In this document: positions 51,769 through 64,000 of the stretch, one piece after another
Layout: each line of letters starts with the position of its first letter
Numbering within the stretch: position 1 is the stretch's first letter
Notes under the pieces: generated by a model
The model's input: the letters and a program-made list of their open reading frames with translations, nothing else
Databases searched by the model: none
What the model was told of the DNA's origin: nothing
Origin: Priapulus caudatus
Lineage: Eukaryota
Direction of reading: 5' to 3'
Assembly: GCF_000485595.1 (NCBI RefSeq)
Contig: NW_014577078.1
Coordinates: 847,115-911,114, forward strand
Length of the DNA stretch: 64,000 nucleotides
Made by a program: the position numbers and the translations under genes

Positions 51769-52625
51769 ATTTTATCCCAACCCTGCGACGAAGTATTGCG
51801 GGAATAACTAATGGTTTTCATGTCTGTCGCAGACGCCACCAACCGGCAGACAAACTTTACCCTTCGCTTTATAACTCCGACCCTTAATTGAACCCTAAGG
51901 TGAAAACCAGGTTCACTGCGAACCTTTTTATCGGCCCATGACCTTAGACTTTATCATATTTCCGCTTCCGCCTCTATAACTCGGCCCGTACTTGACGCGT
52001 AGTGCGACTAAACCTTGGTATACTTACACTATTTTTGCGGAGAAAGGATGTGTCCGCATCCAAAAACCAGGTCACTAGCGACACTTTTATTATGATCTTG
52101 AACCTTGACCCTTGACCTTGATGGCATATTTTTACCTTCCGCATCGTAGTCCTATAACTCTGTCCGCTAATTGGACTGTAGCGCGACCAAACTTGTATAC
52201 TTACACATCCTTGGGGAGAAGGTGTTGTCGCGTACGCCAAAATTCACAGTCACTGCGACCTTAATTTGACCTTGACCGTTGACGAGCATATTTCCAATTC
52301 TGCTTATAACTCGGCCGCGCTAATTGACCTAGCGCAGGCAACTGTGGTATACTTACACATCTTGGGGAGAAGGCTGTGTCGCATACCAAAACGGCATTAC
52401 TGGCCGGCCTTTAATTTGACATTGAGCCCCCCTCCCCCCCCACCCGCTTAGGGTAACAAACTTTGAAATAACTTGCACATCTGAGGCTAGATACGTAATG
52501 TGTTACGACACCTTTGGTCTTTTGTGGCCTTGATTTCACATATTACCTACGCTTGTACGTCCTTACGGAGATATTTCATTCATACTAGATCGCGGGGGAT
52601 ACATGTAGTTGGCGACAACTGCCAT
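51769..52625 (+). mobile_element. Helentron/HINE element with internal tandem repeats of about 180 bp
   Basis: TTTTATCCC...CGACGAAGT...GCGGGAATA start, TGACCTTGA repeats, CGCGGGGGATA + GTTG-GCGA-CAAC hairpin end. Confidence 0.55.
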
Positions 52626-53053
52626 TATTAGTTATTATTATTATTATTTATTATCATTATTATTATTATGGCGTTGCGCCACCGTTTGAAGGAACTGATA
52701 TGAATACTATATATATGATGCTAGCGATGACAATGAGTGATACACTGAGGTGAAATTTAACAACGCAGTTACAGAAATGCGTTTCGTATGCCTTTCTTTA
52801 CGATATTAGGGAGGGGTAATGAAATTTTACAAAGTAATAGACATCAAAACTGTCTATGCATTCATCCGATTTCAGACTATGTGCAGTGCTGCCATCTTTA
52901 AACTATATTGTGAAGGTACAGTGTAAAGATCAATATATCTCGAAACACCAGCAGGCATTCTGGCACGGTCTAACACAGAAGCACACGACACGTGTGCATG
53001 GGTATGACTTTGTGCCATATGAGTCATGATATGACAGAACTATATAATATAAT

Positions 53054-53096
53054 CAGGTGTGAATAATTAATAGAGATTCTCTATTATTCACTCCTG
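53054..53096. mobile_element. mini P-like element / excision scar
   Basis: CAGG(T/A)GTGAATAAT arms; only 5 bp (ATAAT) of TSD match. Confidence 0.6.
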
Positions 53097-53627
53097 ATAA
53101 TACGTGTGATATATATACGTGTTATAATATACTATGGGGCTGTTAGTTTTTACAGACATCCGTGTACTATTCTCTTTCACGAGGTGACTCACTAGTAACC
53201 CATATTTGCCACGTCTGTGGATTAAAAAAACAACCCTAGTTATGTGTATATGTTATATATATATACATCTAAGGAAGTCAGGCATGCTAAATAAGCCTGA
53301 GCTTTGAAAATGCATGAGATTTCAATTAATAATCTGAATAATTTAGAAGGAGAGGGATGGAATCATAAACTGTATTTTTTACCTGTTAGATGTTATGTTG
53401 GCAATTATTTGAGCATAAAAGTTAAATTTATACAAATGCAAAACATGCAACAAACGTGTTAGAAACAACGTCCTTTATATTATTGAAAGCCTTCGTTCCA
53501 TTACGGCATATGAATAATTAAAGCGAAAAAATCGTCCATCTCTTCGCTATTCTTTATCGACTTCCTTTTCCTGTTAGCACTTCTTTATTTATTAAATTAT
53601 GTTTACTGGTTCGAAATAATATTAAGG

Positions 53628-54021
53628 GTCTGTTGCTATCCCCCGGGCGTGGAGTGACGGTCCCGCAACGTGGCAGCACTAGTGTTAGGATTAGGGATAG
53701 GATCAGGGTTAGGGTTAGGGTCAGGGTCAGGGTCAGGATCAGGGTTAAGGTTAGGGTTTTTGCATCATGATATCTGTCTCCACACCATAGATTAATTTTT
53801 GTGGATGACGCCCCTATATATAGAGATCCGATATATATAGATATTTAGTGTTAGGGTTAGTGTTGGAGTTAGGGTTATGGTTACCACAGACTAACGGATA
53901 CACTACACCGTACACTACACTGTATCCGTTGGTCTGTGTGGTTACTGTTAATTAAGTTTTGAAGTATACGTCAACTGTATCACGTGACCGTCACTCCACG
54001 CCCGGGGGGATAGCAACACCC
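53628..54021. mobile_element. MULE-like MITE with TTAGGG/TCAGGG tract
   Basis: TGTTGCTATCCCCCGGGCGTGGAGTGACGGTC TIR, 9-bp TSD ATATTAAGG. Confidence 0.75.
53885..53938. mobile_element. mini P-like element / excision scar (CACAG family)
   Basis: 18-bp arms CACAGAC(T/C)AACGGATACA, filler of CTACAC repeats, 7-bp TSD TGGTTAC. Confidence 0.75.
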
Positions 54022-54738
54022 ATATTAAGGATATCATTTAGGCGTAGCGCCGTCTCTCGCCCAGATTTCAGACTTTCAGATCTGAAACATTTATTTTCGC
54101 ATCAAAACTAACCCTGAAACAAAACTGAAATTTCTATTAGTATAAAACGGGGAATAAGGACATTTGGTAACATTTTGGTCCATCATAAATATAAACATAT
54201 CAACTTTGATATTTTATTAATCGCATAGACATATCTGTAGTTTTATGGGCTTTGAATCTCTTAAGTGATTACAGTATGCGTGAGCAGTAGTGATGCAAGG
54301 CGATTAACTTCAATGAAAAATAAGATTAACTTAAATTAATGCCCACTTGAAAATTAGAATTCAAAAATTTTTCTTGTTTGGTTTTAATTAACATGAGTTT
54401 TATAATAAATGATATAGGTCATTTAGGCAACCGTACAACGAAAAAAGCTAGTATTGACTAGCAATTGTTTTTCACCTACGTCGGAGTCTGTGACATGTAA
54501 TTTTGGTTAATTTTATTCTGTTGAATAAGCATTTGAGTGGCATTTAGTGGCATGGGTATTGCACCTGTTGCCAACTGTTTTGCATGTAGTGAATGCAGTA
54601 GAACTGTATGCAGTAGGTGAAATGTCGGTTAAGTATTATATCACAGAACTTTCTTTTAATACTGATTTTCATTAATTATGACATACACAATCGCCGCAGA
54701 ATTCACGTGCGAAATGAGAACGAGCATAGACACATGAC

Positions 54739-55025
54739 CACAGGCACTTGGGACAGAGTCAGTAAGATATAGAATAGATATATATTATATATAATATATA
54801 TATAATATACTCTATATATATTATTATCATAGCGTCACAGCACACTCGCCGCGGCGAGTGCGGGAGGGTTCGGCGTTAGTTTTTACATAGGTTTTTATGA
54901 AGGAAAGTTGATATACAGTGTTGCAACAGTGGAACTGTAACAGAGGGGTACGGTAGTAGGGCCTATTTGTGAATGTGTGTTCATATTATTTTCAGTTTTT
55001 ACTGACTCTGTCCCAAGTGCCTGTG
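54739..55025. mobile_element. P-like MITE
   Basis: 27-bp TIR CACAGGCACTTGGGACAGAGTCAGTAA, 8-bp TSD CACATGAC. Confidence 0.8.
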
Positions 55026-56634
55026 CACATGACCTCCCACATGACATGTTCACCTGCACAGATTCCCAATCACTACTGATAATTATTCCTAATACAGAAG
55101 ACACATGCACATATATATTCAAATCTGAGTTTGGTTTAGAATTATTAAATATATGTATTTGAATTTATTATTTTATTTTCTTGACTGAAAATAGTACTTA
55201 TCAGTCATGTTGGAAATCGGCTTAAATTTCATAATCGATTATTAGTTACACCAAACCAATCAGTAATCGATAATAATCTAATAGTCAGTTAATCATCATA
55301 GTGCAAGGCACGAAATAGTTTCTAAAATATGAATATAGCAACATGTGCCAGTCAAAGCGGTTTTTGCTCGAAAATATTTTGTGTCTAGATACTCTACTCA
55401 TTGTGTTGTGTAAAAATAACTTACCACTGCTGCAAAGTATACAATAAACAATCCCCTATAAATTTATAGATGCAGGGTTCTTCCTTGGAACCTGGGAAGG
55501 CATGTCTGGGCATTTATCCCCAGTTGGTGTCAATAAGGTGTGTCGTAAGCAGCCCCCCCGAAAAAACGCATGTTCACAAAATCACCTGCATGACACTAGA
55601 AGCAACCTTCGCCACAAAGAGTATACTCTCATGACTGAATTTTGCTATGAAGTTACTGCATGAACCCTCAAATTTTTGTGGTCGTTTTTATTTGGTTTGT
55701 CTTCATCATGTGACGTTGATACTCTTGAGCCATATTGGAACATGTGTGGGCGTTGGAATTTCTCTCCAAGGAAGTCTGTCAGTGATTTCAACAGGTTTCT
55801 AATAATTTCGTAATACACAGACTGAAGCTGGACCCCCGTGGCCCCAATGAATACCGTGTCCTTGTAAATTAATTCAATACACATCAGCACAGACATTGTG
55901 AGTGCAGATTGTTTTGTTTCGATTGTTGATTATTTGTTTTAATATTAGATTATCTAATTGGTAGCTGCAAATAATTGAATTTCGATTATAATCAGTCATT
56001 ACTCATCGTAATCACATGTTATGCAAGCATGCAAGCGTCTAACTTGTGTATACACCTAACAACCATCTTGTAAGTAGACCTAGGCATTGTTCTGCTTGCT
56101 AGAGTGATATATATATATATATATATATATATGCATTCTAATGTTTTTGCGTTGAGGCAGAGTCGGTTTGCGCTACATGGAGCTAAAACTAGCTATTGTC
56201 TAGCTCGCAATCGAAACTTGCAGAACTTGGCTAACGTGCGCGTGGGCCTGCGAGTGTGTGTGAGGGGTACGACCACAGCCACTTTCAACGTTTCAGTAAT
56301 AAAATGATGGCAATTAAACAGGAAATGTATTTACTGCCAACGTCTAAATATGTTTAGAATGTTTTCTATCGATGAGTAATTTCACGTAAATGCCGTTCAG
56401 TTGCTCTTCTGCAACACATGAGACTTCTGTTTCACCGCACGCACGCAGCTGTTCACAAACTACAAAAATATAGACATATAAAACGCTATATTAACAAGAA
56501 AGCCTACAAAGAGAGACTACAAAAAAGAGAGAGAGATATAATATATACTCCATTTTTGTTGTTGTTTGTGCACAGCGGCGTTCATGCGGTGAACTCGCAG
56601 AGCAGCATTTGAACAACATTTACAGGAAACCATA

Positions 56635-56909
56635 TATAAGGCGCACCACCGACCCGCGTGACGTAGGAGAGGGAACGCCGTATATAAATAGTGGAGAGCA
56701 GCCGCTTCTCGGGGCTCTTGTGCCAGCTACCCGCTGAGGAAGGTGTAGTGTGTAGTAACCGCTCTTGCTTTCGGTAGTGCACGGAAACCTCATGTATTGT
56801 ATTAGAGATTGAGTAAACACCAGTGAACGTTACTTCTTGTCTTGTCTTAATTATCTCTATCAGTCTACTACAGACCTTCTACTAAGGTAGTGCGAATCAC
56901 ACGCCTACA
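56635..56909 (+). mobile_element. possible solo LTR inserted in an older foldback element
   Basis: Degenerate TATAAGGCG...CGCCTACA ends, internal TATATAAATA and AGTAAA; interrupts a repeat similar to 9060-9135; no clean TSD. Confidence 0.4.
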
Positions 56910-57353
56910 ATAAGGCGAAAGAGAGTAGAGAAGACTTTGGTTGCAATTACATTTAATGGGTATTTACCATAATTTAATGCCTGTGTAATTGCCGTGTGAA
57001 TGCATATATAATATGTTGCAACCTAGCCAAGATGCGGCATGACAGCTATGCAGAGAATGTGTGAAAAAGCAATAGCGAAGTATTAAATGACAAGTGTAGG
57101 CCTATAAAGCCGTTAGCATCTTCATAGAAGATGTTTTTCACTGAGACGGGTACCATACTCTGATTAGAACTATAGGAAATATGATGTTTGAAAATGAAAT
57201 ATGAACTACATTAAACTACATGCAACACAATAACGATTAATTACCATGCAATAAATCTGACATACATGCGTTATAAGAGACTAGTAGGAAATATTCCAAA
57301 CCGAGGTTGGAATATCAAAAGCATATTTTAATATATAAAATGTACGTGTATGA

Positions 57354-58284
57354 TACCCCGTACAGACTACGAATTTTAGCGCGCATCAGACGCGTGCTAA
57401 CTTAGCGCGCGCTAACTAGGAGCGTACAGATTGCATATTTGACCCTACTTTAAATGAGTCATCAGTTCTCCCACCCCTCAGTTCCCTGCTCGCCAGGGCA
57501 CCCTGCAGACAGCGAGGTACAGCGAGTGTGCAATTACGTGACCTAAATAAGGCTATGCGCATGCGTATTGCGAAACTTAGCGCGCACTAGACACCGGATT
57601 GCGTACAGACACAGCTTAGAGCGGGATAACTTGATGCACACTAAGTTAGCCCTGCTTCGTAAGGGAGGCTAACTTCGAGCGGGATAGCGTGTGCACACTG
57701 CAATATTTAGCGCGTGTCTAACGCGCGCTAGTTTAGTACCATATCAAATTCGTAGTCTGTACGGGGTATTAGAGTGGGATAACTTGGTTCGGACTAAGTT
57801 AGCCCTGCTTCATTTGCGGGGCTAACGTGGAGCGGGCCAGTGCGTATTTGGAGCGGGATAGCGTGTGCACACTGCAATATTTAGCGCGCGTCTAACGCGT
57901 GCTATAGTTTAGTACCATATCAAATTCGTAGTCTGTACGGGGTATTAGAGTAGGATAACTTGGTCTGGACTAAGTTAGCCCTGCTTCATTTGCGGGGCTA
58001 ACGTGGAGCGGGCCAGTGCGTATTTGGAGCGGGATAGCGTGTGCACACTGCAATATTTAGCGCGCGTCTAACGCGTGCTAGTTTAGTACCATATCAAATT
58101 CGTAGTCTGTACGGGGTATTAGAGTGGGATAACTTGGTCTGGACTAAGTTAGCCCTGCTTCATTTGCGGGGCTAACTTGGAGTGGGATAGCGTGTACACA
58201 CTGCAATAGTTAGTGCGCGTTACACGTGCGTCTAACGCGCGCTATAGTTTAGTACCATATCAAATTCGTAGTCTGTACGGGATA
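57354..58284. mobile_element. Harbinger-like MITE with four tandem right ends
   Basis: TACCCCGTACAGACTACGAATT TIR; right TIR ends at 57768, 57944, 58118 and 58284; outer TGA TSD. Confidence 0.8.
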
Positions 58285-58988
58285 TGAATGTGCGTGCGTG
58301 CATGTATAGAAATGTAAAGAGATGCTGGAGTTGTACTGGTTCGATCTCCCAGCACCATACCATGCAGCACATGCTGGTGAATTGTACTGGCACCTTGCTC
58401 GGGGCTTGTGCTGGGTGTTGTACTGATCGTATGCTGGACATGGTATATATGGCCATATGCTGGTTTATTATGCTGGATGTTTACTGAAAATGTACTGGAA
58501 CTTACCTGGATTTTCGTAGGGGTATCGTTCAAGGAAAAGTTTACATTGATTACAGACGATGCTCGATCTGGAAAAAATGAGGTTTTCTGTTTTCTTATGG
58601 GAATTAAAATATTCCTTATAAAGGAAAATAATATTTAATACCACGCATTAGCACTTGATAAAACTGTATCATAACTGTTTTAACCGTTGCAGTTTGCAAG
58701 TGTAAAACGTCCACCATGCAGGTATATTGAATTCAAGCATGCATGACGCGCGCTTCCTCGTAATGTTGGCCAGTCAGGGTCTGCATCTCATATTGAGTGC
58801 TTACCATGCAGAGTATTCTAATATTTATCGGCTGGCAGTGACAGAGACATTGAAGGTTGCCGCTGGGCAGACTGACGTATTAAAACGGTGTATTAATAAG
58901 TATACGTAGGAAAGTTGGGTGTCGCAGCTGTTACACGTCTAGTAATGTTACTCTTTTAATTGTACACGTAGGGTATGTGCAATGCTAG

Positions 58989-59040
58989 CAGGAGTAAGAT
59001 AATATAGGATGATATAATATCCTATATTATCTTACTCCTG
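58989..59040. mobile_element. mini P-like element / excision scar
   Basis: 22-bp arms CAGGAGTAAGATAATATAGGAT, 7-bp TSD ATGCTAG. Confidence 0.8.
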
Positions 59041-61759
59041 ATGCTAGTACATCATGGGACGTTATATAATTAAGCGCACTGACATTGTGTCAGGTGTGTG
59101 CTCGCGGCAATGCCCCTTCTGCGTGCAGATGTAAAAGGAAATGAAGAGTGAAGAAAAAAATGTATCCGCCCCTTTCGTTCCTTCTCCTCCTTCCTTTTCA
59201 CTGTCCTCTGTGTCTGTCTGTACGTCTCTCTGTCTGTCTGTCTGTTCGAGTGTTCGTCCGTCCTTCCGTCCGTCCTGCCGTCTGTCTTGTCATTCTGTCT
59301 CGTGTTCATCTATGTCATGTCTTGGTGCAGATGGAATAAGTCAATGACCCATGTCACTTGGAAAAATTGACTGAAAAAATCTCTAGTACTCACGAGCTAC
59401 AAAAAAGATCAGAAAGCAGTGACGGAGCAAGACTTTATGCATTAACACGAGACACATGACTGAAATGTCGGGTCAAGCACGATACTATAGCGCCGACCAA
59501 AGGCTGGTGACGTACGTGTTGAAGCTGTGAATAGCGACGGGCGTTGCGAACATACAATGGCTCATCAGTTGTCTGCTATTAAAAGTGTTCTGAGATTATG
59601 CATGTGCAGCAATAACTATATAACTAGCATTAGCAAACATGATGTGCACCATATTTAAAATTTCCAAAATAACCGTGGGTACGCCGGAGACGATGGGCTT
59701 TCTCCCCCAGCCAGGACGTGTTTACTGAATGTACTACGCTGGAGTTAGAAACTTACATATATACTTACATACTTAATATTAAAATGTGGTGTCGGAGGTT
59801 ATGCACATGAGTAGGGTTACGCAGCCTTATCAACCATCACTTATTATTGACGTAGCAATCACTGGCGTGTTCATGCAGAACAGGCAAAGGACGTGATATA
59901 ATGACTTAGCACTTTTTTATAGCACCTATCATTTTAGCATATATTGTTATTTTTCCTAATATGCCGTCATTGAGTGAATGAATGAATGAATGAATGAATG
60001 AATGAATAAATAAATAAATTTTCAGCAGAACATTTCTTGCCTCCATCACATCACGTTCTCCACAAGAAAAATTGATACGTTCATGGAATATACTCTTACA
60101 TTATATATATATATAGAGATTTTGAGCAGGTGCTAATTATTATACTGTGCGGTCACACCGTAAACATAAAATGTTACATGATAATCAGGAGTGAATAATA
60201 ATAGATTTTGTTTTGTGTTTTACTTTGTGTTAATGCTCGACACCCGTCATCAGCGATGTTTCACATATAATAGCCTGAACGTCGGAATTTGGTGTATTGC
60301 GGTGAATTAAGGTACATCTTACACCTTATATATATATAAAAAATGTCGATATGTACACGGATACCACTACCTCTACAGTATAGCATCAGCATGCGATCAA
60401 AGCTGCTCGGACGTTAACTGACACTTAATTATGTCGCGATATGTATGATTTGATAAATTTCAAATTATTACTTGTTTTAAGCGGGCCATGTTTAATAACT
60501 CTAATAGATAAGTAAGTAAGATAGTAGTAAATTTACATATAAGCCACGAAAATGCTCTGTTCAGCATACATTCTTACCGCATGCAAGGCAGAGTGCGTAC
60601 ATAGAGTTATATATAGAGAAAGCCGGTGAAATAGCATGCTTCATGAAATTTACAATCGGTCGTTTGATTTTGCGCAATTATACTACACACTGCCTTAAAC
60701 GAATCTGCACCGTCTCTGCTTTTATTGAGAGCTTAGTGTTAACATGCTAGATAAACATGCAGTGCGAAATTTCTATTAAACGTTTATGGCCAGTTGAAAT
60801 CACGCAAAGTCCAGGTAAGCCTCGAATCTACACACGCGTTCTTCTGTTTAAGTAAACACCTGTAGGCTGTAGGCATGTTTTCCGTGCGGGAAACCAGGTT
60901 GGATTTCGGAAGCTGAGCAAGACAAGAGTGGGTTAATTGCCCTCACCCAGTGTCATCCGATGTGCGAGTAAAATCGTATCTATAAAGACTGCAAAATTTG
61001 ATCCTACATCAAACTAGTCCGGGCCAGGCCCGGGCCAGACGCATGCACACGCTTAATCGTAGCATACAGTCAGTTATAAAATACTCAACCACACTAAGTT
61101 AGAACGGGTAGACTGCGCATGCTCAGTTTAGCGTTTAAACAACCGCACCGCCGATGGTATTATTAGAATTTACAAGTACTAGCTGTATTGTTGTAACAAC
61201 AGAAGATTAAGCATATTGAAATAGGCGACCGGATACGCAAAAGAAGCTACAACTAGCGTATAATTGGGGTATCCGATTATATATATAATCCGATATTTAA
61301 TATTATACAGTCCATGCTGCATGACATGTACTGGAACAATCACTCGAGTTTTTCTCTGCTGTACTGGTATGGGGATGTACTGGAAGTGGAACTTGGCTGG
61401 ATTTTCGTAGGGGCAATTTCGGACTCTATATTTGACTTTTACTTGTCACCCAAACAAGGCTCTATGCCAATTTAGCCTGAGTCTGGTCCGGATTGCATAT
61501 ACACACAATTTAACGCCTGATAAGTTAGCACGCGTTGAAGCGGCCTGACCCACCTCAGTTCGGGGTGCTTAACTTAGCCTGGACTAGCGCGTATTTAGCC
61601 CGGGATAGCGTGTAGACTAGACACTGCACAAATTTCAAGTAGTTTGATGTAGGATCAAATCCGCCGTCTGTACGGTGGTATATGAATGTCTGTAGGGTTG
61701 AAGCGGTATATGGTTTCGACAAGAATCTCGTGTCGTGTTGAGGATCGGGGCATAGAAGA

Positions 61760-62400
61760 AGCACGCGCACACTGCTCGCATCCGCCTTTCCGCTACGCGC
61801 CGTACTACCGCTGCCATGCTGCCGCGTGTTGTCGCGCGCATGCTGCGCCGCAGCTCCGCGTCGGCAGTGTGTGGAGCCACTGTCAACAACACGCAGCAGC
61901 CAGCCGCAGCCTGCTGCTGCCTACACGCTCTGCTTTGCATTGATAAACAGGTAATGATATTAGAGTCTGCGACGCGCTAGGCAGTCGATCGCAGGCAGAC
62001 CCGAGCGCGCGTGCGTCCACGGCAGGCAGGCAGGCAAGCAGCGAGCGCTCTTCTCCCTGCCGCCAGTATTGAGCGAGTGCGTAGCCAGAGCAGATGCCGA
62101 CAGCTACCATATGGTGGCCGTGTTTCCCCGATTCTGACCCTCTCCTTGCAGTTACCGGCTAGGAAAGCTCGGCCTGAGGCCCGCGGACTGTCGGCGCACG
62201 TGTCACCGTGTGTCGCTTCGATTTTGGCGGCAACTGGATACGCGTGAATTCGGCGCGACGGTGTCAGTGTCGAATAGCGTGTTCCCGCGTGCGAGAGTGT
62301 TATGTTTACTGCTGCGAGGTTTGTTTGTTGTTAGCGACGAAGGTGCCGACGAAGGACCCACGTCCGCGTCTAACGGCAGAGCGGACGCTGTGAGTGTGAT
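61760..62400 (+). promoter_or_regulatory. CpG-rich candidate promoter / non-coding first exon
   Basis: Non-repetitive GC- and CpG-rich segment in an AT-rich background, ending at a T|GTGAGT donor (62389/62390). Confidence 0.4.
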
Positions 62401-63648
62401 CTAAACGCTTGCGAACTCGGAAAATGCCTGTTTTGCGGTTCCATATGGTTCACGGTGGAGACAGAACATCAGCGCCTAGCAGTGTTAGCATGAGCGTGAT
62501 CTGTGACATTGAGGTGCCTCTGTTAATCAATACTATTGCACAAGCGTAGGAACTGTGAAAACGTATGTTGTGCTCGTGTGAATAATCACGGGAATGTGTA
62601 AGGTATTTGATATAGAGACTGACATACTGCAACTGAATTGAAGCATCTGCGAAAATTTGCCTGTCGTTTCCATGGCAACAAACTTACTGCGTGATGGTGT
62701 TGCTAACCGTTGAGGTGGGTCACGCAGCACATCACAAGATGTGAGAGACACATTGCCAGCTCGTGCTTGTAGGTGTAGATTTGTAGTGCAGTGTAGTGAA
62801 ATTGGACAGCTGGTGATAAATCAGCCAAGAAACTGACGACCGTATTTAAACAGGTATCCGCAGTGGCAAGGAATTTTAACAAGCGGTAAGACAATTAGAA
62901 TGGAGATTGTGCCGGTCATACTCATTTTTGGCATTTGGTAAAAAAAACGTTAAACTCATCGTCGGATAGTTTATAACTTGGGTAATGTTAAAGTTAAGTA
63001 ATTTTGTCAATAATAGTATTTTTGCATTCGTGTGGAATTTCATCACCCTCCCCCTCACTAATCCAGTAGAGAGGTTTACTTCGTGTAATTAGCAATTGGA
63101 ATTCAGCCGTGCCAGATTTTATTAAATGCGTTATTGAAATATCTATAAATATGCCGTCATATACCGTTTACGCTTACCAGCAAGAGCACAAGTATCCGTT
63201 ACAATTAAAAATATATATATATGTATTTCTCTACTGAGATTCCTTTATAAAGGAATGCTTGCGATATTATATTTATGTGAGCTGCATGTACAGCACGAGG
63301 CTGGAGAGAGGAGCAGATCATCTGAAAGGCAGCCAGTTGAAGCACGACCAGTCATGTATTGCTTGCTACGGATTCCTTCATATAAACGCTGCAGTAATTA
63401 ATGTGGAAATTACCGCAACACTTATAATATTACGCATCAGGTATAACCAGATTACTTATGCCGAAATTTGGGACATCGCTATTATTTGAATTTAGTAGGT
63501 TTCCATTATGTAATTTTGGTGATTAGTCATGGTATCTGTTCGTACAGGGTTTGGAGTCTACAGGGTTTAGAGTAGGAACTTGTAGTTTAATTCGGAACGG
63601 AACCTGCATGTAGCTGAAGTAGGTAGCTGAAGTGTTGCGTGATGCTAT

Positions 63649-63717
63649 CAAGAGCTAATAATACCTTATTAAAGGTATACCTTTAAGGTATACCTTAAAA
63701 GGTATTATTAGCTCTTG
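63649..63717. mobile_element. mini P-like element / excision scar of the 21442 family
   Basis: 18-bp arms CAAGAGCTAATAATACCT identical to the 21442-21832 termini; AGGTATACCT snap-back filler; 7-bp TSD ATGCTAT. Confidence 0.85.
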
Positions 63718-64000
63718 ATGCTATGCAGTTTGGTCACTAAATTAGTGAGGTGTGCACGCATGATGCGCAGTCATTTCTGCGCATCGCATACACCTTGTAT
63801 GCAAGAAGCAGGCATAGTAAAGGGGCATTCTATGCGGCCATACTGTAAATATTGCCCAGTTTAATTTTTTAAATGTTGGTTTTATTGAACGTACGTATGC
63901 GCATGCTGTGCGTGCAATAAAGTGACATTTTGAAGTGAGTTTTTCGGCTACTTACCGTACACCTACCCGGCGTATGGCGATGCATCAGGTTACTACAAGA

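Noticed and set aside
55645..55896. 83-aa minus-strand ORF as a gene
   Set aside because: No recognisable motif or partner exons; lies beside hAT-like repeat sequence.

Overview
AT-rich, gapped eukaryotic genomic DNA, probably from an invertebrate animal (GT-AG introns, TTAGGG tracts, animal-type DNA transposon families). One protein-coding gene is clear: eight + strand exons at 13540-24422 encode a plant-type (class II, PRS3/PRS4-like) PRPP synthetase. Its first exon was not found, and several normally conserved active-site residues are substituted. Most of the rest is nested non-autonomous DNA transposons classified from their termini and target site duplications (TSDs): P-like, Kolobok-like, Harbinger, hAT and hAT5-like, MULE, IS3EU-like and Helitron/Helentron. 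A decayed THAP transposase lies inside an ISL2EU-like element. The most striking pattern is about 14 small palindromes, mostly 38-90 bp. Each has 16-22 bp of a CA-terminated transposon end on either side of a locus-specific filler, and most sit inside a 7-bp TSD. They look like P-element-type excision scars repaired by templated end-joining, and full-length relatives of some are in the same window. Isolated candidate 5' exons and a CpG-rich segment at 46-62 kb suggest a second + strand gene whose body lies downstream of the window.
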